From: Gammaproteobacteria bacterium
GTDB taxonomy: Bacteria; Pseudomonadota; Gammaproteobacteria; Arenicellales; Poriferihabitantaceae
Length of the DNA stretch: 64,000 nucleotides
Reading direction: 5' to 3'
NCBI GenBank assembly: GCA_009842505.1
Contig: VYFG01000003.1
Span: forward strand, 7,691-71,690
The position numbers and the translations under genes are program-made. Of the stretch, positions 38,802 through 48,376 are shown piece by piece; position 1 is the stretch's first letter; each line of letters begins with the position of its first letter. The notes under the pieces were generated by a model. It worked only from the letters and a program-made list of their open reading frames with translations. It did not search any database and had not been told where the DNA came from.

Positions 38802-39341
38802 TCAGAGGTACAACAACATGAAATTACGGATGCCATCAGGCAGCAATTCGTAAACCTGTCCGGCCGGAATCTTTACCTGTAAGAACGCCTTGAAAATCAC
38901 CACAATGCCCACTCCCATTGCCGCAGCACCAAGATACATATCTTTTGTGCGGTACCCCACCCGGTAGGTCAAAGCCAAGGTGAACAACAGCGTAGCTCCC
39001 AGGTATCCGATCCTGGGAACGATCCAGACGTAGATCAGAAACCAGACCGAATACTCGAGGGAACGAATCCAGAAAATCACCTCGGGACCACGTCCAGGCG
39101 TTCGCGGTGAAGCCAGGGAGCCGATGCAATGCAGTACGGCGAAAAGCAACATACCGCTCAGGCTGATGGTCGGCCAGAAGGCGGGCTGAGCAAAAAACTT
39201 GGTTCGCTTGGCCCATATAGCCTGTTCGCCAAGTTGGCTGACCAGGAAAACAGACAAGAGTAAAAACGCCACGGCAAAGGCCAGATCGCCGGGATGGCGT
39301 TCGCGCTTAAAAAAACTCACGAACCCCGATTTCGCGGCCAT
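38802..39341 (-). CDS. tctB: Tripartite tricarboxylate transporter small membrane subunit
   Basis: 179 aa with four predicted transmembrane segments, positioned between tctC and tctA. Confidence 0.7.
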   Translation of the reverse strand: MAAKSGFVSFFKRERHPGDLAFAVAFLLLSVFLVSQLGEQAIWAKRTKFFAQPAFWPTISLSGMLLFAVLHCIGSLASPRTPGRGPEVIFWIRSLEYSVWFLIYVWIVPRIGYLGATLLFTLALTYRVGYRTKDMYLGAAAMGVGIVVIFKAFLQVKIPAGQVYELLPDGIRNFMLLYL

Positions 39342-39405
39342 TGACCTACCCCTCTACGTAAGCGAAAAGGCCTAACGCATGGCAACAATAAACTGAATTG
39401 CGGCT

Positions 39406-40338
39406 CTACTCGAGTATCTGGTTTATACGGCCAAAGGATACTATGTCGCGTTCGATCTGTTCGTGGGCCTGATCGACATCCTGCCAGTAGATCAAGGCGC
39501 CGGTTTCATTCGAAAGTTCCTTTGCCTGGTCTGACTGCATGACGCGCATAGCGACACTGCGGATTTTTTCCCGCGCATCCGCCGGGGTATCCTTATGGAC
39601 GAACAGTCCGTTCCACAGTGAGATATCGAGTTCGGGCGCAATTTCGGCAACTGTTGGGGCATCGGGTGTTTTCGAAATACGATCCCCGGTAATCGAGGCC
39701 AGAACCTTGACCTTGTCCAGGCATGGCAGCACCAACTGCAACGTGGTATTGATCACGTCGGCATCACCTGAAGCCAAGGTATTGCAATCGAGCGCATCGA
39801 AGGCTGCATCCGAGGCATATTCGAAATCCAGGTGCACCGCCAGCGCCAGAGTCACCTTGGTCGGAATCAGCGGAGTGCCGAAGTGGCCGAGCGTGACGTC
39901 ATTCTCTCTGGCGTATTCGGCAAGTCCCTGCATGTCGTCATAGGGCGCATCTCCATTTGCGACGATCACAAACGGGTAAGTCAGGAAGTTGCCTATGGGC
40001 TCGAATGGATTGGGACTCAGTTCGGGAATGCCGATATTCGGCCCAACTACCGGGATGGCGATAATGAACGAGCCGACAGTGTAGCCATCGGCCGGTGCGT
40101 TTGCTACTTCAACGGCTCCAGGGAACGGGCCCCCGCCCCCGCCAGGCTTGTTGACTACTGCCGCAGGTACGCCGTATTCGGCCTGAAATTCATCTGCAAT
40201 CATGCGGGTCAGCACGTCTTCCAGGTCACCAGGCGGCCAGGGCACGATAAAGGTGACCGGTTTTTCCGGATACTCGGCCTGTGCCGTAAAAACGACAAAT
40301 GACAAGCCCATGATCAGGGCCAAGGCTAACTTTTTCAT
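39406..40338 (-). CDS. tctC: Tripartite tricarboxylate transporter periplasmic substrate-binding protein (Bug family)
   Basis: A signal peptide is followed by YPEKPVTFIVPWPPGDLEDVLTRMIADEF...VVNKPGGGG, the TctC/Bug hallmark. Confidence 0.85.
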   Translation of the reverse strand: MKKLALALIMGLSFVVFTAQAEYPEKPVTFIVPWPPGDLEDVLTRMIADEFQAEYGVPAAVVNKPGGGGGPFPGAVEVANAPADGYTVGSFIIAIPVVGPNIGIPELSPNPFEPIGNFLTYPFVIVANGDAPYDDMQGLAEYARENDVTLGHFGTPLIPTKVTLALAVHLDFEYASDAAFDALDCNTLASGDADVINTTLQLVLPCLDKVKVLASITGDRISKTPDAPTVAEIAPELDISLWNGLFVHKDTPADAREKIRSVAMRVMQSDQAKELSNETGALIYWQDVDQAHEQIERDIVSFGRINQILE

Positions 40339-40406
40339 AACTCCTCCAGATTTTCAGATTGTAGTTAATCTATTACCAACACCCGCACACTGCCAGAAGC
40401 ACAATT

Positions 40407-41279
40407 TCAGTGCCAGCCGGTTTCGGGTTTATCAAACCAGACATGCACCTGCCCCGTGCCGGTCGCGTTTTCATAGTCACTGAACATCCGCCCTTTCGCA
40501 TTGCACTCATGCTCGCCCAGGGCGCCGATCATGATCAGGTAGTGTCCGAACATGCCTTCCGGCTTATGCGGACGGAACGCCTCCATCTCATCAATGACGC
40601 GCGCGTGATCGCCCTGCTGCCACCAATCGATACGTTCCTCGTCCGCAGCGCGTGCCTCCGGCGTACGGATATGAATCGGGTCGGACGCTTCGTGATCGGG
40701 GATTTCATCGAACGGCCAGAAGCGATGGCTCATGCCACCGCTGGCGATGATCACGACGCGCTGATCCGAGGCGGCAACCGCGTCGGCAATGCCGCGGCCG
40801 ACAGCGAGGAAATTGTGATCGCGTGCCGTCTGGCACAGTCCCATGGACAGCCAGGTCTCCCCGCGATTGAGATAGTGCGCGGTGTTGATGGTCGGGTAAT
40901 GGAGCGGCAAGTAGGGATCGTCACAGGGATAGCAGCGGGTACCCTTGAGATTGACCTTCTCCGCCAGCAGACGGGCGAATTCCGGGTTGCCTTTCAGATT
41001 GTAGGGTACCTGCACCATGCCGCGGGGCAGTTCCTCGGCGGTGAATTTCCCCTGCAGCCGTTCGTGTGAGGTGACGACGAACTCCCAAGTGGTAAACCAG
41101 TGTGAATCGAGGAGCAGTATGGTGTCCGGTTGCAGCTCGTCAAGCACTTCGCTGCGAATGCGCTCCAGCCCGGGCACCAGGCTGATCTCCTTCCCCTCAT
41201 TGAGCTCCAGTCTCAATTCGCGGGGAAACATGATGGTGGGGGCGTGTGACAGAAAACCAGCGCCGACTATTTCTCCCAT
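40407..41279 (-). CDS. hpaD: Class III (LigB-type) extradiol dioxygenase, homoprotocatechuate 2,3-dioxygenase-like
   Basis: 290 aa. The segments GFLSHAPTIM, LLLDSHWF, IIASGGMSHRF and the C-terminal ATGTGQVHVWF are colinear with E. coli HpaD/HpcB. The gene is clustered with hpaE/H/I. Confidence 0.7.
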   Translation of the reverse strand: MGEIVGAGFLSHAPTIMFPRELRLELNEGKEISLVPGLERIRSEVLDELQPDTILLLDSHWFTTWEFVVTSHERLQGKFTAEELPRGMVQVPYNLKGNPEFARLLAEKVNLKGTRCYPCDDPYLPLHYPTINTAHYLNRGETWLSMGLCQTARDHNFLAVGRGIADAVAASDQRVVIIASGGMSHRFWPFDEIPDHEASDPIHIRTPEARAADEERIDWWQQGDHARVIDEMEAFRPHKPEGMFGHYLIMIGALGEHECNAKGRMFSDYENATGTGQVHVWFDKPETGWH

Positions 41280-41335
41280 CCCGATTCTGCCAGTAATTTA
41301 CAACGATAAAGGCTAGCTTAGCATTCGGTGTTTTC

Positions 41336-41349
41336 GTTTGCAACCGAAC
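41336..41349. promoter_or_regulatory. Operator-like inverted repeat, copy d (GTTTG-CAAC-CGAAC)
   Basis: This site lies 57 nt upstream of the hpaD-like ATG. With its flanks (TCGTTTGCAACCGAACGATAT, 41334-41354) it matches copy b at 19 of 21 positions. Confidence 0.55.
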
Positions 41350-41801
41350 GATATCTCCTGAAGCTGGTGAACCGGGGCAATGTCTCCATGTGCGCAAGTT
41401 CTGTTAGAAACAGCCCCGGTGAATCCATGGACGAATGATCCACTACCAAGGTCCTGTGTCCTGCCTAGTCATGATCATCGCCGGGCATTGGACAATATTA
41501 CCTGTTGGGCGTGACCCGCCCGCATTGCGTGCCAGTTCCGAAAAGCGGCGACAACAGTGCGCGAGCAACAATTCATCCGAATGACGCGAGTGCAAAAGGG
41601 TACGGGATCCGGGCGGGTTGATTTGTTCCCGGTCTCCGGATGCAACTCATCCGCACCGTCCTGGTATCAAAGATGCTTCTGCCGCAGGTCTTCCCCCCGA
41701 AACCGAGCAGGGAAAATTCCCGAACGGCGATTGGATAGTGTTTCTTCGGGCCGCTTTCCGTGTTGAAAATACGTCCTGCAGCATCCAGCAGGAAATCGCA
41801 C

Positions 41802-41831
41802 TTGATTTCGTTAGCATGCTAACGATATTAT
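41802..41831 (+). promoter_or_regulatory. Putative sigma70 promoter of the P450 operon, with operator copy a filling the spacer
   Basis: TTGATT (41802-41807), an 18-nt spacer, then TATTAT (41826-41831). The spacer is exactly the perfect 18-bp palindrome TCGTTAGCATGCTAACGA (41808-41825; core GTTAG-CATG-CTAAC at 41810-41823). This is a classic repressor-occluded promoter layout. Confidence 0.55.
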
Positions 41832-42035
41832 GTAAAATGTTCAGCTCCCTAGACTGGAGCCTCTAGTCGATAGCTACCTCAACAGAGGCGTCGACTCGAC
41901 CGACCTGATGGCCATGAAATGCAAGATGCCGAATATTCTGAATCCAGCAAGATGGCAACATGGGAACAAGCCCTGCAGACCATTTGTTCCTGCGCCTGCC
42001 GAATCTCGTACACGGACAATCATGGAGATGCCTGA

Positions 42036-43304
42036 ATGACTAGCTGGAATCCTTCTGACAATGGACACGCAGTCCTTTCCGACCATGATTCATTCATCAA
42101 TGGTCCTCCGCACAACACATTTGCCCGAATGCGCCGGGAGGACCCATTGGCCCGCTGTGATGGCGGCGAGTTCGAGGATTACTGGTCACTCACGCGGTAC
42201 GAAGACATCATTACTTACAACAGGAATTTCGAACTCCTGAGTTCGAGCCGCGGCATTCGTCTTGAAGACCAGAGCTACGAAGAGTATCTCGCGCGGCGCA
42301 CCTTCCAGGAAACCGATCCACCCGAACACACGCACATGCGCATGCTTGTTGGCAAGGCCTTTTCCAGGAGGGTTATTACCGAGTACGAAAAAACTATTCG
42401 TGAGCTGTGTGACGAAATCCTGGACCAGTCACTGCCTCTCGGCGAATTTGATGCGGTCAAGGAGATTGCGCGACAACTGCCGATGCGCATGCTTGGGCAA
42501 ATCATCGGCGTACCGGATGACGATCTGGACTGGCTGGTAACCAAGGGAGATGAACTCATCGCTGCCTCTGACCCCGAATATGCAAGCCCTCTGGCCATGG
42601 ACGACGACAGCGACGAGTATCGCCTGTTGCCGTTTCGCTCCCCAGCCGGCGCCGAACTCTACGATTACGCAAAAAGGCTGATTAAAGACAAGGCCGGCCG
42701 AAACGAACAGAGTGGCGTATTGGAACTGATTACCCGGCCTAATGCACAGGGCGAAGTGATCAGCGATACCGAGTTTCGCAATTTCTTCTGCCTGGTTGTA
42801 GCGGCAGGAAACGATACCACGCGTTACGCGTTGTCGGCCTCTTTGCACGCATTGGCAAACAAACCGGAATTGCTGAAACAGTTGCAGCAGGCCGACGGAG
42901 ACCTGTGGGATACCGCTACCGAGGAAATGATCCGATGGGCTTCTCCGACGATGCACTTCCGCCGCACCGCGATGCGGGACTTCGAGTTGCATGGCAAGAA
43001 TGTACGCGAAGGCGACAAGGTATTGTTTTGGTTCGTGTCCGGCAACCGCGACGAAACGCAATTCGATAATCCGTTCGAGATTGACTTAACGCGCAAACCC
43101 AATCGGCACATGGCGTTTGGCCAGGGAGGACCACACGTTTGTCTCGGGATGTGGCTGGCGCGGCTCGAGGTTCGTTTGCTGTTGCAGGCACTGGTAGGCC
43201 GGGTGAAGTCGATCAGGCAAGCCGGAAAGCATGAGTTTCTACGCTCCAACTTTGTTGGCGGAATAAAAAGACTGCCGCTATTTGTCGAATTGAATTCAAG
43301 CTAG
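42036..43304 (+). CDS. Cytochrome P450 monooxygenase (class I, three-component)
   Basis: The heme-thiolate loop FGQGGPHVCLGMWLA, I-helix AAGNDTTR, ExxR (EEMIRW) and GGAGA 7 nt upstream of the ATG are present. By eye, the terminal RSNFVGGIKRLP and ETDPPEHT segments resemble the CYP124/125/142-like clade. Confidence 0.9.
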   Translation: MTSWNPSDNGHAVLSDHDSFINGPPHNTFARMRREDPLARCDGGEFEDYWSLTRYEDIITYNRNFELLSSSRGIRLEDQSYEEYLARRTFQETDPPEHTHMRMLVGKAFSRRVITEYEKTIRELCDEILDQSLPLGEFDAVKEIARQLPMRMLGQIIGVPDDDLDWLVTKGDELIAASDPEYASPLAMDDDSDEYRLLPFRSPAGAELYDYAKRLIKDKAGRNEQSGVLELITRPNAQGEVISDTEFRNFFCLVVAAGNDTTRYALSASLHALANKPELLKQLQQADGDLWDTATEEMIRWASPTMHFRRTAMRDFELHGKNVREGDKVLFWFVSGNRDETQFDNPFEIDLTRKPNRHMAFGQGGPHVCLGMWLARLEVRLLLQALVGRVKSIRQAGKHEFLRSNFVGGIKRLPLFVELNSS

Positions 43305-43328
43305 CAATGCAACGAGGATCGTAACGCC

Positions 43329-43649
43329 ATGGCCAAGATCACCTGGAAAATGCAAGACGGAACCGTGATCTCCGCAGAGGTTAAAGATGGCCTGAATCTG
43401 ATGGAGGCGGCCACCGCCAACAACGTTTCGCATATCATGGGCGAATGCGGCGGATGCCTGTCCTGCGCCACCTGCCACGTTTTCGTGGCCCACGAATGGC
43501 TGGCCAAGACCGGTGAAGTCGACGATATTGAGGATGCCATGCTGGAAATGACCGAAGTCGAGCGTGAAGAAAACAGCCGCCTGAGTTGCCAGATAATCGC
43601 ATCGCCCGAGCTCGATGGTCTGCTGCTGCACGTACCCGAACCGGAATAG
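43329..43649 (+). CDS. [2Fe-2S] ferredoxin (putidaredoxin/adrenodoxin type)
   Basis: 106 aa with the cluster ligand pattern GECGGCLSCATCHV ... LSCQI. Confidence 0.85.
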   Translation: MAKITWKMQDGTVISAEVKDGLNLMEAATANNVSHIMGECGGCLSCATCHVFVAHEWLAKTGEVDDIEDAMLEMTEVEREENSRLSCQIIASPELDGLLLHVPEPE

Positions 43650-43652
43650 TCC

Positions 43653-44873
43653 ATGGCCTCGCCGATCGTCATCATCGGGGCAGGACAGGCCGCAGCATCG
43701 TTTGTCTCGCGTCACACCGCGCTCGGCAGTACGCAACCGCTACTCTTGATCGGGGAAGAGTCTCATCCGCCTTATCAGCGCCCACCCTTATCGAAGAAAT
43801 ACCTCCTCGGTGAGCTTGAAAGGGACCGCCTGTTCATCCGTCCCCTGGACTGGTACGCGGAGCAGGGGGTCGAGACCAGATTCAACACGCGCGTCACCGA
43901 GATAAGGCCGGCAGCTAGACAAATCGCAGTCGCTGCAGGCGACATTATCGATTACGACCGGTTGATCATCTGTACCGGTTCCAGTGCACGCAACCTACCC
44001 GCCGAAATCGGCGGAGGCCTCGACGCCGTGTTTACGCTGCGCAGCATTGCTGACATTGATCGCTTGTCGCCCGAGTTCAGGACCGGGCGTCGGCTCCTGA
44101 TTGTCGGGGGCGGCTATATTGGCCTTGAAGCGGCCGCAGCCGGGCGTCAGCTCGGACTCGAGGTCACGGTCATAGAAATGGCGGAACGCATCATGCAACG
44201 GGTCGCCGCCCGCGAAACCTCGAACTACTTCCGGCATCTGCACAGCAGCCACGGCGTCGAGATCATGGAAGGGGCGGAAATGATCCGCCTGGTCGAGGCA
44301 GGTGGCCGGGCTTGCGGCGCCGAATTGACCTCGGGCGAGATCATTGATGCAGACCTGGTCCTGATCGGTATCGGCGGCAGCCCCAACATCGAGCTGGCAC
44401 AGGCTGCCAATCTCGAGTGCGACACAGGAATCCGCGTCGACGGAGCTTGCCGCAGTTCCGATCCGTATATTTACGCTGCCGGCGACTGCACGAGCTTTGA
44501 GCGCAATGGACAGCAAATTCGCCTTGAGTCTGTGCAAAATGCCGCCGACCAGGGAGATCTGGTGGCGCGCGTCATCGCCGGTGAGGACGTAAGCTATACG
44601 GCATTGCCGTGGTTCTGGTCTGATCAATACGACTGCAAGCTGCAGATTGCCGGACTCAATATCGGTTACGACCAATGCGTGGTACGGCCAGGCGACAAGG
44701 ATCAGACACAATCCATCTGGTACTACTCCGGCGACAGGCTCCTCGCGGTTGACGCTATAAACGATCCAAAGGCATATGTCTTTGGCCGCAAGATGATCGA
44801 ATCCGGCATGAATCCCCGTAAGGAAAGTGTTGCCAGTCCCGATTCCGACCTCAGGGCCATCGCGAAAGGCTGA
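43653..44873 (+). CDS. FAD-dependent ferredoxin--NAD(P)+ reductase (putidaredoxin-reductase-like)
   Basis: It has two Rossmann motifs (IVIIGAGQAAAS and LLIVGGGYIGLEAAA), YAAGDC and a C-terminal dimerisation domain. It starts 4 nt after the ferredoxin stop. Confidence 0.85.
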   Translation: MASPIVIIGAGQAAASFVSRHTALGSTQPLLLIGEESHPPYQRPPLSKKYLLGELERDRLFIRPLDWYAEQGVETRFNTRVTEIRPAARQIAVAAGDIIDYDRLIICTGSSARNLPAEIGGGLDAVFTLRSIADIDRLSPEFRTGRRLLIVGGGYIGLEAAAAGRQLGLEVTVIEMAERIMQRVAARETSNYFRHLHSSHGVEIMEGAEMIRLVEAGGRACGAELTSGEIIDADLVLIGIGGSPNIELAQAANLECDTGIRVDGACRSSDPYIYAAGDCTSFERNGQQIRLESVQNAADQGDLVARVIAGEDVSYTALPWFWSDQYDCKLQIAGLNIGYDQCVVRPGDKDQTQSIWYYSGDRLLAVDAINDPKAYVFGRKMIESGMNPRKESVASPDSDLRAIAKG

Positions 44874-44888
44874 CAAACTTTCCTGGAC

Positions 44889-45506
44889 ATGACTGACTGC
44901 ATTATCAGAGCACTGGCGGAGCCATTCCGGCAAGATATGTTACAGATGATTGCCCAGGCGTTTGTCAAAGACGATCCGTTGGCCCGTTCGCAGGGAATCA
45001 AGGAGTCCGAGTTTCACGATTTTATTGACCGTCTCTATGATGACTTTGAGGTCGGCGGATTGAGCCGCGTGGCGATAGACTCCAGCTCGAAGCGAATCGC
45101 CGCCGTCGTACTCGCGAAGGCACACCTATTCGAACCGAGTGAAGAGGGTAGCGATGCCATCGCCGCCATCATCACGGCGGCGCGGGATCTTTATTTTTCC
45201 GGCTATGCGCCACCCGCCGGGGAACTGATGCATATTCACTTTGTTGCATCCGCCGTGGACTATCGCCGTCGACGATGGGTATATCCGTTGATTGCAGACT
45301 GCCTCGCGGCGGGAAAGGGCCGGGGCTACCAGAAAGCTGTCGTCGAGACTTCCGGAATTCGTTCGAGAAACCTGTTCGAAAAGCATTTCGACTTTCGCGC
45401 AAGGGTAAACATTGACTACACGAGTTTCGAATGGCGGGGAAATTTTCCGTTCCGCTCCATCGCTGACCATGGCGGTCTGACACTGATGAGTCGGCGGCTG
45501 GATTAA
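44889..45506 (+). CDS. GNAT-like acetyltransferase, resembling arylalkylamine N-acetyltransferase-like proteins
   Basis: 205 aa and last gene of the P450 operon. The layout (N-terminal EPF...DDPL, central VAID...IAAVVL, then a putative acetyl-CoA-binding stretch VDYRRRRWVYPLIADCLAAGKGRGYQ) is GNAT-like. The assignment was made by eye only. Confidence 0.45.
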   Translation: MTDCIIRALAEPFRQDMLQMIAQAFVKDDPLARSQGIKESEFHDFIDRLYDDFEVGGLSRVAIDSSSKRIAAVVLAKAHLFEPSEEGSDAIAAIITAARDLYFSGYAPPAGELMHIHFVASAVDYRRRRWVYPLIADCLAAGKGRGYQKAVVETSGIRSRNLFEKHFDFRARVNIDYTSFEWRGNFPFRSIADHGGLTLMSRRLD

Positions 45507-45584
45507 TCACCTTGCCGGAAGATGGCATATGCGGCGTAGATCAGCTCCCAAAGCAGAGATACGGCGTTGGGTTAGAATATATCC

Positions 45585-45598
45585 GTTAGCTTCCTAAC
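45585..45598. promoter_or_regulatory. Operator-like inverted repeat, copy c (GTTAG-CTTC-CTAAC)
   Basis: A perfect 5+5 inverted repeat with a 4-nt spacer, located 125 nt upstream of the hpaE ATG. Confidence 0.5.
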
Positions 45599-45722
45599 AT
45601 TGGTAAGACATCCGCCTTGACGGATGAATGGCAGATGCAAGGCTGGGCCAATCTGGTTCAGAGTCCGGCCCGGTTGGTTGCCCCCGATGACTACAGGATT
45701 TCAAATTTTAGGAGACCGAATC

Positions 45723-47198
45723 ATGAGTGCAGAAGTCCAAGACAGGCGCGTAGACATAGAAGGTATCTCGATTTCCACCGATCACTTCATTGGCGGCAAG
45801 CGAGTCTCGTCACCGAATACATTCGAAGTCCGCTCTCCGCTCGACTGGGATTGGAAACTCGCCGATGTGGCCCGCGGCGACGCGGCCACCGCCGCTGCGG
45901 CAATCGAAGCTGCGCAGCAGGGATTCGACGTCTGGTCGCGGATGTCGCCTGCCGAACGCGGGCAGATCATGAATAACCTGGCTGACCGCATCGAGGCCAA
46001 CATCGAAAAAATCGCAACCATCGAATGCCTCGACATGGCGATGCTGCTGGAAAGCCTGAAGTTGCGCGTGATTCCGCGCGCAGCAGTGAATTTTCGCGCC
46101 TATGCAGACCTTGCTGCCGAATATCAGGAGCGTGTGTGGGATTCGAAAGGCACGCACAACACCGTGATTCGAATGCCCGCAGGCCCGGCGGTCATCATAA
46201 CTCCCTGGAACGCGCCGTTCATGCTGTCGACCTGGAAATGCGCACCGGCGCTTGCTGCCGGCAATTCGGTCATCCTCAAACCGGCCGAGTGGTCGCCGCT
46301 GTCGTTAAGCCTGCTCGCCGACTGGATCAATGGTGCCGGATTTCCACCGGGTGCATTCAATATTGTGCAGGGCATTGGTAGTGAACTGGGGCCGTGTCTG
46401 ACCGGCGACTCGAGGGTAAAGCGCGTGTCGTTTACCGGTTCACCGGCAACCGCACGCCACATCGGCCATGCGGCCGCAGAGAACATAGTGCCATTCACGG
46501 CGGAACTGGGGGGAAAGGGCGCGCTGGTGGTATTTGCCGACGCCGATATTGATGCCGCTGCGCAAAAGGCTTCCAACCAGTTCCACGATTCCGGTCAGGT
46601 TTGCCTTGCGGGCACGCGTATCCTCGTCGAGGAATCGATTCGCGATGAATTCTTGCACAAGTTGACGATGTACACCGAAAAGCAGATACAGGGCGACAGC
46701 CGGGACCCGGCAACCACGCTGTCCCCGGCGATACACCCGAATCATCTCAAAAATGTGGAGGCCTACGTCGACAATGCGCGCAACCGCGGCGATCGGATCG
46801 TGTTTGGCGGTCAACGGTGGAAGAAAGACGGGTTGTGGTATGAACCCACGTTGATTGAACCAAAATCGAACGATTCCGAAGTGGTGCAAAACGAGATCTT
46901 CGGCCCGGTACTGACCATTCAAACCTTTACCGACGAGGCCGAGGCAATCAGCATGGCCAACTCAACGGCCTACGGTCTTTCAGGAATAATCTATACCAGC
47001 GATGCGGAAAGAGCCGAACGCGTCGGTCGTGCAGTACGCGCCGGCACGGTCTGGGTCAATACTTTCCTGATTCGCGACCTGACCGCTCCTTTTGGCGGCA
47101 TCGGCATCAGCGGAATCGGCCGTGAAGGCGGTCACTATGCGCTGGAATTCCATTGCGATCTGAAAACACTGCAGATTCTGGAGGATAGCGTCCACTAG
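45723..47198 (+). CDS. hpaE: 5-carboxymethyl-2-hydroxymuconate semialdehyde dehydrogenase-like NAD+ aldehyde dehydrogenase
   Basis: ATG at 45723 is preceded by GGAGA. ALDH motifs are present (ITPWNAPF, ELGGKG, catalytic Cys in GQVCLAGTR), and the C-terminal RDLTAPFGGIGISGIGREGGHYALEF is colinear with HpaE. Confidence 0.75.
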   Translation: MSAEVQDRRVDIEGISISTDHFIGGKRVSSPNTFEVRSPLDWDWKLADVARGDAATAAAAIEAAQQGFDVWSRMSPAERGQIMNNLADRIEANIEKIATIECLDMAMLLESLKLRVIPRAAVNFRAYADLAAEYQERVWDSKGTHNTVIRMPAGPAVIITPWNAPFMLSTWKCAPALAAGNSVILKPAEWSPLSLSLLADWINGAGFPPGAFNIVQGIGSELGPCLTGDSRVKRVSFTGSPATARHIGHAAAENIVPFTAELGGKGALVVFADADIDAAAQKASNQFHDSGQVCLAGTRILVEESIRDEFLHKLTMYTEKQIQGDSRDPATTLSPAIHPNHLKNVEAYVDNARNRGDRIVFGGQRWKKDGLWYEPTLIEPKSNDSEVVQNEIFGPVLTIQTFTDEAEAISMANSTAYGLSGIIYTSDAERAERVGRAVRAGTVWVNTFLIRDLTAPFGGIGISGIGREGGHYALEFHCDLKTLQILEDSVH

Positions 47199-47281
47199 CC
47201 AGTGTCAGGATTTTCGCTTGATACCGGGCAAGTCAAACAGCCACCTGAACATCGAGTTCGGGTGGCATGATTCACACGGAA

Positions 47282-48166
47282 TTATTCTTCGTCGAGTATG
47301 CTTTTGTAATGCGCGGCGCCCTGCCCGCCGGCGGCCCGTTTTCCGCGAAACTCCCAGTCGCCGCCTTTCGCCGTCGAAATCACCTCTTCAGATTCGGTCG
47401 GTTGCGCACCGACATCATCACGAATCGGGGTCGGTCCCTGCACGATTTTGTTGGCCAGTTTACCGAGGCCCTCAACTTCCACCTCGACGATATCACCGGG
47501 ATAGACCGTACGACTCATCGCGGGCGTACCGGACAGCAACAGGTCTCCCGGCTCCAGGGTGATATTGCGCGCGATATCGGCAACCAGATAGTGCATATCC
47601 CATTCCATCTCGTCAGTATTTCCATCCTGCATCACCTTGCCATTGACGATCGTCTTGATCCGCTTACCGCGAAAATCCCAGTCGGTGACCAATCCGGGAC
47701 CTACGGGACATAGGGTGTCCGATCCCTTCACCCTCAACATCGAACCCGCATCGGTGTCACGGAAATCGTGCAGACCGTAATCATTGGCAATCGCATAACC
47801 GGCGATATAACCCCCTGCGTCAGCCTGGCTGATATTACGGCAATGTCTGCCGATGACAATCGCGATTTCTCCTTCATAGTTCAACCACTTGCAACGCTCG
47901 GGCCTGACGACATCGGCTTTGTGGCCACACAATGCGGTCAACGGTTTCTGAAAATATGTTGGCGCATCCGGGAGCACGGTCATGAACTCATCCACGCGGC
48001 TTCTGTAATTCAGATGGACACAGATAATCTTTCGCGGTTCGGTCGGCGGCAAGTGGACGGCTTCTTCAATCGGCATCTCACGACCGTCACTGGCAATCAG
48101 CATATCTCCATTTACTGCAACCGTGGTTGCGTAGCCATCGAGCAGTATTCTTCTGAATTCAGCCAT
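47282..48166 (-). CDS. Fumarylacetoacetate-hydrolase-family enzyme (single-domain HpaG/HpcE-like decarboxylase/isomerase)
   Basis: The FAH fold segments are present (KIICVHLNYRSR, WLNYEGEIAIVIG, LLSGTPAMS). The start at MAEFRR (48166) is preferred; ATG at 48202 is the alternative. Confidence 0.75.
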   Translation of the reverse strand: MAEFRRILLDGYATTVAVNGDMLIASDGREMPIEEAVHLPPTEPRKIICVHLNYRSRVDEFMTVLPDAPTYFQKPLTALCGHKADVVRPERCKWLNYEGEIAIVIGRHCRNISQADAGGYIAGYAIANDYGLHDFRDTDAGSMLRVKGSDTLCPVGPGLVTDWDFRGKRIKTIVNGKVMQDGNTDEMEWDMHYLVADIARNITLEPGDLLLSGTPAMSRTVYPGDIVEVEVEGLGKLANKIVQGPTPIRDDVGAQPTESEEVISTAKGGDWEFRGKRAAGGQGAAHYKSILDEE

Positions 48167-48180
48167 GATTGAAATATATT

Positions 48181-48194
48181 GTTTGGTTCCGAAC
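48181..48194. promoter_or_regulatory. Operator-like inverted repeat, copy e (GTTTG-GTTC-CGAAC)
   Basis: It lies between the divergent FAH-family gene and the MarR gene, 15 nt upstream of the preferred FAH start. Confidence 0.45.
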
Positions 48195-48376
48195 GTATTC
48201 ATGCTATCTTATATTCATGGGCGCTTCAAGCATGGAAACAGTGTACGAAACCATATCCGGCAGAAATCATGGACGAGACATGGCGGCGCGATAACGCTTG
48301 ACGAGCAGGCGGGTATGGATATGGGCCTCGATAAAGTACTATATCGTCGAGCACATTCACGGGAGATTTTGAAACC

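Noticed and set aside
47243-47269. A hairpin GCCACC-N15-GGTGGC lies between the convergent hpaE and FAH-family genes.
   Set aside because: It has a 6-bp stem with a large loop and no T-run. It is plausible as a bidirectional terminator but unsupported.
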